64,000 nucleotides of DNA, from the NCBI RefSeq assembly GCF_023055435.1, contig NW_025964223.1:44702001-44766000 (forward strand), given 5' to 3'. Below the pieces are notes generated by a model. That model did no database searches, was not told where the DNA came from, and saw only the letters and a program-made list of their open reading frames with translations. Origin of the DNA: Haliotis rufescens (Eukaryota). Below, piece by piece: positions 51,501 to 63,500 of the stretch. Each line of letters opens with the position of its first letter. Within the stretch, counting starts at the first letter, position 1. A program made the position numbers and the translations under genes.

Positions 51501-54500
51501 CGGATTTTACTAGCTCACTCTGGAAACTTCTGAATGACCATCAAAATGTTCGTCTATTTATTATTTCATCTTTGGTCTGTTTGCAGGATCTCTCAGTTTG
51601 AACTGCTATGCGGGGACCTTGAAACCATCAACAACCACTTCTGTTCCAGTAACTACGCCGACGCCGACTCCGCCTCCAACTACAAGGCCTAGTACACAAA
51701 CTGTCAGCAGGGGTCTGGTGCCTCCTAATACAGGTATGCATCTTCAAGTCTATGGCCATATTATCACAAAGATTCGTTGCCTCTTTAATAACGTTAACCC
51801 CCTCGTATTCATAACCATTTGGTTTGAACCAGGGATTGAACACTTTCCAATCCAAACCATTAAGCTTAACCGAAACGTAAAAGACACCACAGCCGTTGAT
51901 CTTCCTTCTCATGACTGATAAGCATTTTGTTATAACGATATGTACAATTACATGCATAATTGTGATTTCAACAGCATATGTGAAGCACCACTTTATGGTC
52001 CGAAACACAACAGCAATCGACAAACTGAATGACTATATGAAACGTTAAGGGACAACAGAGTATTTGTTTGTTTGTTTGTTGTTTAACGCCGGACTCAGCA
52101 ATATTCCAGCTATATGACGGCGGTCTGTAAATAATCGAGTCTGGACCAGACAATCCACTGATTGACAGCATGAGCATCCATCCATGCAATTTGGATCGAT
52201 GACATGTATCAACCAAGTCAGCTAGCCTGACCACCCGATCCCGTTAGTCGCCTTTTACGACAAGCATAGTCGCCTTTTACGGCAAGTATGGGTTGCTGAA
52301 GACCTATTCTACCCCGGAATCTTCACGGGTCATAGTATTTGTAATTTGTCGCTTTCTATATCCGACAGGGACATCGTGCAATGCAGAACTTAACTTTGCT
52401 TCAGGCGCTGTCAGTGCCTGTCATATATGCGTGTAAAGTATGATGAAGCGCCACATTTTGCTTTAAACATAGTTTCCCGGTTCCAAGTTCAATTCAGCGC
52501 GTATGCGTCTTCAGGTCACCTACATGTTGAGATCTACATTGAAAATAAATGTTCATCACCTGAGCAGACGCACGAAAATGACTAAAATACAGCCTTGAAA
52601 CATAAAATAGAACATTACAGACTGTCAGCCAATCGGCCAGTTCTGAACCAGTGTGAATGTTAAATAATGTTGTATACAGGAGATATCTGTTTCAGCCAAC
52701 ATCTGCTCAGAGGACCCCAATGACAAAGGTATGTTGATGCAACCTCCTCATCCAGACGTTTTGTTTGTTTGTGTGTTGTAAAACGTCAAAAATAGCAATA
52801 TTCCCGCGATATAACGGCGGTCTGTAGATAATTTGATCAGTACCAAACAATCCAGTGATTGACGTCATGAGTATCGAACTACGCATTTGAGATACGATGA
52901 CATGCATCAACCAAGTTAGCGAGCCTGACCACCCGATTCCGTTAGACGCCTCTAACGACAAGCATAGCCGCCTCTTAAGGCAAGCATAGGTTGCTAAAGA
53001 CATATTCTATGTCGGATTATTATGTAAGTCAGAATTCAGAATTCAGAAGCACTCCGGTGTATATACGTACATCATTGTCCTATCATGTTATTCCAGACCT
53101 CGTGTGATATACTGGTGATAATCTTTTCATAATGTTTGTCATGGGCAACCGAGTGGTTTAGGGCACCGCATTTCCACGTGATCCCTTATGTGCAACGTTG
53201 TTATAACGTTGTGAAATAACGTTGCACGTTCACGTGATAATAACGTTGTGACAATGTTATATCACGACGTTACCAATCCACAACCTTTCCCCAACGCTGT
53301 GACAACGTCGTGTGTTAGCTGGGTTACACGCACCATTTCGATTCCGTTGTTGGAATGACTTGTGCCATTTCATTTTCACAACATTAACATCGAATGTCAT
53401 TGTATAAATGAAAACGGGGCAGTCCAACTCAATGGTTGGGTAAAATTCTGTAACCAGGCCACATTGGGTAATGATCTGATGCTGGTGTGATGGTAATGAA
53501 ACGTATGTCTTCTAGATATCAGACAGTTAGCACTGAGAATGTTGAGTGCCTAGAGAGGTTTAAGATTAACATCTTGTGTTATGGTAGCAGTAATACAAAC
53601 ATATGTAATATATGCAACGTAGATACAATGGCTTGCATCAAATTTACATTTCAGTCATCAACATGTGTGAGCGCGACTTTGGCAGCGGTAATTCTATCTA
53701 TATGGATACAACAAAAGCTGTGAACTACCAAGGCGACTGCGTGTGTCAACTCAGGGCGCAAGGTGGAGCTGTTGATCTCGAGTTATCAGTGAAGGGTGTC
53801 CACGCCGACTGCAACGCCACCCTGTATCTAGCTCCCTTCATTGACTATACCTTTAATTGTGTACAACAGGAATCTGTTTCGACAACAGGGAAGATCGAAG
53901 TGGGCCAAACCGTTTACGTTACCCTGTCCAAGGCATCTCCTGACGCTGTAGCCGATTTGTGTGTGCACATAGTGCAAACATCGTCTGGAGGTATGGCAGC
54001 AGGAAATGATGAATGAGTGCATTACATTTTACGCCGTTTTGGACAGTATTTAAGTTATACAATGGCGATATAACGTAAACTTTACGTAACGAAAACTGAT
54101 ATTTCCATGTGACACAGGTCTAGCACGTTTGCCACTTTTGTAAAATGAATTTGCTGTGCACGGTGCCAGGAACTAAGAATCATCATCCTTGAGAATATAG
54201 CTTCTAAGCTCCAATCAGCGGATCCTGGTACGGCAACACCGTATACCAATTTCACACCCATGTCCCAGAAGACAAAATGATGCACGTGATGTATGGTTGA
54301 TGTAGATGAATAGATAGATATTATACAGTAGCAATACCAAATGGAATTAAAAATGTGATGAATATTGGAGCCATAATCACAGGCTAAATTACCGATATGG
54401 CTTCAGGTGTAACGATATAAGGCTCCGATATCAATATCCTTATAAAGCTTTAAAAACCCTTTTGAAAGGACGCAATTCCATTTGTTACTTGTACTATTTT

Positions 54501-57500
54501 ATGCGTTTCTGTGTTTGTTCAGATGAACATTTAACTTGCCTTTGCATGTGTTTGTGACGGGTGCACATGATACTCCAACCATTTCGCAAACACCGAAATT
54601 CATTCACAATGTATAGTGATTCATAAAGAGACACTCGTGATAAAGTCCGAATTGTACAATTGACTCTATTTCTAGCGACAATGTCTCGTGATTATGGAAT
54701 TGGTTTTGATGTTATCTTAAACTTAAATACGTCTAATGACATCAACAACATTGGCATATGTTATCCGTTAATGCACAAATATAACTGAAATGAGTGTGGT
54801 ATAACTTCGTTTCTTCTGAATCATTCCAGCTGGATCTCTGAGTTTGACCTGCAGTGAAGGCACACCGAAACCCACCACAACTCCCCAACCACTACCATCT
54901 ACAACCAGCCAATCTGCCAACAGTTCAGGAAGCGAAGTGGCGGCCAGTACTGCGAACATCACCACCTCTGCAGTTAATCCGCGTGGATCTGGTGAACCGC
55001 GCACAAATGATACAACTGTTTCTTTTCAAAAACCACCGGTAAAAGGTGAGTACAGATTAACAATTTAAGACAAAATAAATTTCTTTTCACTCATGTGTCC
55101 AAAATGTATTCATAAATATCAACGTTTCTACGTCTTTTAACTTGACTGCAAATTGTATTTCTCTACAGAAATCGGTTAAGTAAACTATTTTAAGTTCATA
55201 GTGAATTCTGCAAGCTACATTCTGTTATGCAGAAAGCAATGAGTAATTCCGTATATTGCGATGTTTCGTTTCATCCCCATGTTAATTTTTATCATTATTG
55301 ATGAATATTATTGGAATGAGCATCATGACAACAAACCCGTACACTTTCGTAATCAAAAACAAAACTATATTGTACTTAGTTGAGACAAAATGACGTGGAG
55401 TCTAAACTTGTTGTTGATGTTGGTTGCAGAACCTACTTGTCAAGCCACACCTGGAGATAAAGGTATGTTTGTCTGATGTACCATATTCTTATCACTTCAC
55501 AATATTTCAAGACTCACTGGTTTTAATAGTTAATTATTCATGGCACAATCAATTAAATTTAAACCAATTAAATCGCATCAATTCAAACTAAAGCTTTTCG
55601 TCTGAAGCATTGGATATAATAGAAGAGGGTTACCGAAAGAACAGAAAATTAAAGCTTCTCCCAAGGCGATACAAATGATGAAGATACATTGTTAATTATC
55701 TTCTTCTGTATGTTCGTAACATACATCGATAATCATTACCTTTCAGTTGTGAATATGTGCGAGAAAAGCTTTGGTAGTGGAGCTGCCATCTATCTGGACA
55801 CTGCAAAGGCTGTCAACTACCAAGGCAGATGTGTGTGCCAACTGAGTGCCCAGGGTGGGGATGTCGATCTCCAGTTAACAGTGCAGGGAGCCCATGCAGA
55901 CTGTGACGCTACCCTGTATTTCCCTCCGCCTATTGATTACACATATAACTGTGCAGACAGGACATCCTCAAATAGTACAGGACGGATCGAGTCAGGAAGG
56001 ATGGTTTTCCTTACTCTCACCAAAGGCTCTAAAGCTGTTGCAGATTTCTGTGTTCTCTTAGTTCAAGCATCATCAGGAGGTAACACCTTATTACATATAA
56101 CTGTTTATTACTCACCCCTGAAGAGATCACCCGTTTAGTAACAATAAGCCGGTATTAAACAGTGTGGAATACCAAGCGCGTGCTTATGAAACTGCGGGAA
56201 GTTTCACTGACAAATATTGAAAACTTTCAATATCCCTTAGCTAGTTCAATGACATTGCGTGTAGTAATGACAGATCACTGAGAGGAGCTTATGAACACTC
56301 AATGACCCTAGCGACCCTTTGCTGGGCTGACGTCACATGGCATTGTTTCGCCGGTTTGTCCTGCAACAAAATTTCACAAATAACGTTACAGGGTATTGTG
56401 ACCTGCTTGAAACTTTGTGGTGCAGAATCCCGCTCCACAAGCCGATCGTTGTGCAACGGCAGTCGTAAGTCTATGTTAAAGTGTTTGAGTTACGATCACC
56501 TTAGCACTGCGGTAACTTTGTGGAACGCCCTCCTTAATTCTAAAGTTGGGCTGTGGTATTCAATAAATACGTGTTTGATATGTTTGATGTATTATTCTGT
56601 TACACTCATTTGGGTTATGCTGTGGATCGCGTAGATGTCTGCCTATTCACACACAACAGTGAAATTTTAGAAAAAATGACATAAACGGCACGTAATAAAT
56701 AAAATACTAAAGTCGTGAATAGTTCTGGCATCTGACGAGCAAAAGCGAGTCAGATACCAGATCTAGAACTCTTCAATCGTTTCATAGAATTGAGATTACA
56801 CGGGAGCTGTTTTCTATAGTATTCTATATCTTTAAAACACGTCATACTTTCATGTTTTCTGGAAATTATTTTTTTTATTGTTCACAATGACATATTTATA
56901 TTTTTCGGTAATGGCATATCCGTACGTCACTGCTTAGACAATATTGTGTTGATGGGTCAACTTGTAATTGATTTAACATCATTTCAAAACCCGAGTGTCA
57001 TGCGATAATCACAACAATCACTAATTGTACAAATAGAGAATATTGTGCATTGTTTCTACGAAAACTGCCTCATGTCTGTCACATGTCCCAAAGATGATTC
57101 AAAAAAGAAAGATGACATTTTCATAATGATATTAATAAAAGCGACAAAACCCTTTCCATACCAGAGATATTTCTCTGTTTTGTAGCAGAATCAATTGTAC
57201 GATTCGAACTATATCATGTGTATGTTCTTTGAACTGTATTTAAGTTATGCAAGGGCGTGTCACCGTACTTATGGTGTTATGCCTATGTGACACACGTATT
57301 GGACGACTTCCCACGTTGGTGACATTGATTTGCTGGGTATGGTGCTGAGAAACTAAGAATCATAGTCGGTGGGAATATACAATTCCAATATCCAATCAGA
57401 GGATCCTGGCACGGCTAGTTGGAACGTTCCCTACGAAATGGGTCATCTGTGCCCCAGAAGACATATGGTGCACGTGATAGTATGGTTGATGCAGATGCAG

Positions 57501-60500
57501 ATACTGACACGCAAAAGAAACGCAAGTGGTTTTAAGCAAATAGGTAACAAACACGGAACCATAAATTGATACGAGATTTAGTGAAGCCTGATGGTGTTAT
57601 CAATATTGTTGTTTGCATTTTGGAAGCCCCGAGTAAAAACGCAACATAAAAAACGAAACACCAAAACGCACCATTTCAATGAATATGTGGGTATCATGAA
57701 CTCATTTCTCGCGAAATCGAAAATTCACGAACTGTCATGAACTGTAGTAGGTATAAAACTGTGGCCGATTCTTGGACCTACCACTCCTTGGTCAACAATG
57801 CCACGCCTAAATCAAATTCAGAGAAACCAGGCTATCGGATGTTTGGAAGCTGGAGAGTCTGTCCAAGATGTTGCCCCTCATTTCAACGTTAACATAACCA
57901 CACTTTACCGTCTCCTGCATCGATACAGTGCTACACAGACCACAGATGACCTTCCTCGGAGCTGTCGTCCTAGGTTCACCACATTTCGACAAGATCGGCA
58001 GATTACCCGTCAACACCAGCGACATCCGTTCCTAACTGCAAGTGAAAGTGCTCGACAGACCATAGGAACACATAATCGACACATTAGCCGGGACACTGTG
58101 ATAAGACATCTCCGTTCCAACAACCTCAAATGTCGCCGACTAGCACGTCGTCCTGTTCTCCAACCACAGCATCGACAAGCACGACTTCAGTGGGCACAGG
58201 GTCATCACAATTGGCGTCATCGTGAGTGGAGGCGTGTCTTTTTCTCTGATGAAAGTCGCTTTGTGTCTCCCATGCAGACAGAAGAGTCAGAATTTGGCGG
58301 CGTCGAGGTGATCGTTTCGCTTACAGAAACGTTGTGGAAAGGGATCTATTGGTTGGACCTAGCGTCATGATATGGGCAGGGATTGGACTTGGACTTGGAC
58401 CCATGTGCTTTCTGAGCGTTGCGCAAGGCCTGGGACACTGCGTCACTGCTCAGCGGTATATCGAGCAAGTGATCAGACCCCACGTTGTTTCATTTTTTGC
58501 ACAACATCAATAACACAATTTCCAGCAGGGACAACGCTCGTCCCCATGTTGCTAGAGCTACCATGGCCTTTCTGCAACAACACAACATCCGTGCCCTCAA
58601 CCCTGATCTGAACCCCATCCAACACTTGTGGGATGAGCTTCAAACGCGTCTGCACAATGTGCGCCCAGTCCCTACAACTGCCGATGAACTACGCACACAT
58701 CGTCTGATCCACTCAATGTACAGGAGATGTTTGGCAGTGATCACACCAGGTATTGACTGACATTTTGGGTATTGCCCAAATCTGTATAAGCCCTTAACAT
58801 TTAAAAAACAAAACAATCATGTCCTCTGCCTTTTAATCAATTAAACTGTCTTCAGTTACATTTTTTTCAATCTTGCCCTGTTTGTATTTCTTGTTTTTAC
58901 TGTTGAAAATAAATAGCATGTATATTGCATACTCGACTTGCGTTTCTTTTGTGTGTGAGTATATATATTATTTAGTATTAAAACCAATTGCGAATGAAAA
59001 AGCGTGATGAATAATGAAGCCATAAGCACATGTGTTTGTAAAGTTATCATTAGGGTTTCAAGGCTATCAATATAAGGCTATGAATAAAAACAAGTTTTTA
59101 TGGTAGCTATGTGGAGGACGCATTCCATATTGAAACTTTTATGATATGTTCCTGTGTTTGTTCAGGCGAACATTTGACTTGCCTTTGCGTGTGTTTGTGA
59201 AGAGTGCTATCGGTGGGCTCACCTTATCGCAAAGAGCTGGTATCATCATCATTACTTGATAGTGACTCAAAAACACATGCTCGTGATATAGTTGGGATTG
59301 TACAACGGACCTTTCCACTAGCAGACTTCTTGTTATTATAGAAACGATTTTCTTTGTCAATGTGTATGTTAAATTGCATCTGACCAACAAGAGTGGCGCA
59401 AAAGTATGTAATTCGTTAATGCACAGACTTTATTGAAATGATTGTGTTATGACTTCGTTCCTTCTGAATCATTCCAGCTGGATCTCTGAGTTTGACCTGC
59501 AGTGAAGGCACACCGAAACCAACCACAACTCCCCAACCACAACCATCTACAACTAGCCAATCTGCCAACAGTTCAGGAAGCGGAGTGACGGCCAGAACTG
59601 CGAACATCACCACCTCTGCAGTTAATCCAGGTGGATCTAGTGAACCGAGCACAAATGATACAAATACGACAACTGTTTCTGTTCAAAAGCCACAGGTGAT
59701 AGGTGAGTAAACAATTTTAGGACATTGAAGGACAAAATCACTTACTTCTTATACAAATAAATTTGCACAAAGTAAATACATAAATCCGTTTCGTATGGGA
59801 TTTCGTTCTGTGGTCCTGCTAGGTTAATGTATTGATATATATTATAGGATTGGACATTATGAAAAAAAAAGAAACTTAATTGGTATCGAAACTATTAGTA
59901 GTAGTGTCTAAAAGCTGTGATGTATATATATTGTTGATGTTGGTTGCAGAACCTGTTTGTCAATCCACATCTGGAGATAAAGGTATGTTTGTCTGATATT
60001 CTCTTTTAAATTAAAATTTCATATAATTTCAGAATATTTGAAAACTTGCTGAGATAGTCCTACAATAACCAAGTAAAATTAAACCAATCAAATAGCATAT
60101 ATTCAAACTAAAGCTTTTCGACTGAAGCATGGGACATAATCAAAGTGAATTACTGAAAGATCAGGAAACTAAAACTTCTCACCAAAGCGGCACAAATGGT
60201 GAAGATAGATGATTAATTATCGTCTACTTAACGTTCGGAACATTAAGTACATCGATAATCATCCCCTTTCAGTTGTGAATATGTGCGAGGGAAACTTTGA
60301 TAGTGGAGCTGCCATCTATCTGGACACTGCAAAGGCTGTCAACTACCAAGGCAGATGTGTGTGCCAACTGAGTGCCCAGGGTGGGGATGTCGATCTCCAG
60401 TTATCAGTGCAGGGAGCCCATGCAGACTGTGACGCTACCCTGTATTTCTCACCGTCCATCGATCACACCTATAACTGTGCAGACAGGACATCCTCAAATA

Positions 60501-63500
60501 CTACAGGACGGATCGAGTCAGGAAAGATGGTTTTCCTTACTCTTACCAAAGGCTCTGATGCTGTTGCAGATTTCTGTGTTCTCTTAGTTCAAACATTATC
60601 AGGAGGTAAAACAAAATTAAATGTAATATATGCGTTTTTCAGTGACAAAACAGAAGTACGTCGCAGCATAGGAAATAGTGTGTTGATTAGTCAACATGTA
60701 ATTTATTTACCACCATATAAGTACACCAATGTCATGCAATAATCATAGTCATCAGCTTTTGTGCACATATACCGTGTTGCATTGTTCCGATCAATCCCTA
60801 TGCCAAAGATGATTCCAAAGATGATTCAACAGACAAATGAAGTCCCTGATCAGAAGTAAATCGTTTCTGAAAATATCGGCTAAATCGTACATACCTATAT
60901 CGTGTAAAACAATACATCCCCCACTTCTGCATAGCAATGAATCGTGGCTATATGCAACATGAACTGTTTCTCTGGTGTTATGTTAAAATGTGCGCAAAAT
61001 CAGTGTCAATTTACATGTGTTAATGAGGTGAATATGTTAGATACAGAGATATGATTCTGCATAATTCTAGCAAAATTCTTTTCATTTATTGTGATAAAGA
61101 GATTTGACATCAATCATATAATTAGGATTGCTTCTGATCTCCAGCAGGATAACCGTATTCATTTTAAGATATATTTTTTTCTGTGCAATGTACAATTGAG
61201 ACATCAATAAATACAATATCTTTGTGTGCATGAATATAATTGATCTCTCATTTCTGAAAATTCAACGAGTGTATATTTTAGTCATGACTGCCATTAGAGA
61301 CAAAATCTCTATTCACATGTTACACGATGGGACAATCATCATTCAGCCATGTCAATGTACGGTTTTCTATCATAAAGCAAGTCATTATTGACACAGAATC
61401 TTTGGAGGCCCTATTTCCTCTCATATTTCACTTTACATGATGTGTACACTTTCTGTTTCCATGTATCTCAGGATCTCTAAGCCTAAACTGTTTGGAAGGG
61501 AAATTAAAAGTTACTGTCGTGCCCCCTACAACGACCTCCACTTTGCCCAACAGCACAGGCAGTGAGGTTACTAAAACCGGTGCCACTGTAAAGACTAACA
61601 GCTCCTCTTTACCGAAAAGCACTACCAGCCCTTCTGTACCGACAAACACCACCGATGGGGGAAACGGTACCATCAAGGATCCGCAACAGGCGCCCTTAGA
61701 ACAATCTCCTGCCCATTCTACGATTGTTGGTAAGGATTCTTAAGCATTTGTGAATGATCGTCATTGTCACCTTTGACAATTTGATTGGCTGCGTCACTGA
61801 CAAATTTTCAAGAGGCAGTCAATCCTCATGAACGCTAATCAGGAAGTGTTTACCGCTGATATATAAATGGGTTAATGGTATTACATTAAATGTAATATAA
61901 TATGGGCATTTGAATGTTGTTATGATAAGGTTTTGGTATTGGTAAGTTCCACACAGTATGTTTTTAATGTGAATCGAATAGTTTCAGATTTCGTGGAAGA
62001 ATGTAAACTGCCATGCATCAGAAAGTATACACACTTGTTTAATGGGGACTAAAACAAGAAATTGTGATGTATTTGATACGAGTATCATGGTTGTGTTTTG
62101 GACCTTAAGTTTCCTCTATTTCGGCGACTGTTTTCAGCTCAGTATGTTTTGACAACGTTTGTATTTATTGGTTAAATATAATTTTCCAGTGTATACTTTC
62201 TTTGGCCTCACAGTTTATATTTCATGACAAAACACCGTTTGCATTGTTATTTTTTTTAATATCTCAGTTGCACATCAATACTGATATGAGTTGGCGTACG
62301 ACGGGTGATTAACAGAATATTGCCGAATATTGAAATCTTGTGTACTGGACATTACATGGCGTCAAAAAGGTATATCATCCATAAGAAATTGAGTCAAGTG
62401 AGCTAATTGTTTCGCATTGACAAGTCAGTGTAATAAGCAGCGATCAGCTACTTTTCGAAAATGGACAAACTTGAGGAGCGTGCAGTGACCAAGTGCTTAC
62501 AGATAAAATGGCAAGCACCAACAGCTATCCATGAATATATGAGTACAACAGGAGGGAATGATGCCCCTTCCGTGCCACTGTAAGAAGTTTAAGCCTGTCA
62601 GAGATCGCCTAAAAACGACCCCCGTCCTGGAACTTGTCACGTCAGCAACACCTGAAAAGATCAAGAGAATCCACTGTATAGTGATGGCCGACCGGCGTCT
62701 GAGTAAGCGTCATATTGCCATATTGCCATATAAGGCAAAGACTGTCCTGTCAGCAAGACAGATCATGGCATCCGTGTTCTGGGATGTCGGCGATGTCATC
62801 ACGGTGGACCATCTTCCTAAAGACCAGACATGAAACGTGCACAAATCATGATCAGTGATGGCCATAGTGTTTAAAATGCATGCGTGTCGCTTTGAAGATT
62901 AGTCATTCAGCAGCACCTCCTTTCCTTCAGACCAAGTTACCAAAACATGAGGAAAGCTCCAGCCGAAACCCATTTCGACTTGAAAGAAGACGTTATGCCA
63001 GATGTGGGGAACTTTGTGGAGAGCCAAGAGAAAGAATTCCACTCAACTTGGATAAAATCTCTCCAACATTGTTGGCAAACGTGTACCAGTCTGGAAGTGG
63101 ATTGTGTTAAAAAATAAATCATATTAATGTCGCAGGTCAAGTATGTCTATGTGCGGCTCAGGACACATCATTCACCCCTCGTATCATGAAGTTAACGGAT
63201 ATATACTTCAAGTGAAACATTAGAATGTAATACACAAACAAATTGCTATAGATAATATTCTTATTCGATGTCCTGAATAGTCATGACTCCCAAGATAAAC
63301 TTCATATTGTTTTTTTCAGTGAGCATTATTGTGGTAACTGCCTTTGGGATAGTTGTGCTGTTGACGATAATAATGGTCATTGCGAAACGTGTCAGGTACG
63401 ATATCTTGTCTCAAATACATTGCAGCTTGCTTGCGATTACGCATGTATGTAAGGCCCCGCATGATCATGTGTTAGTCATATTGTATTTTCCATTTTTTGT

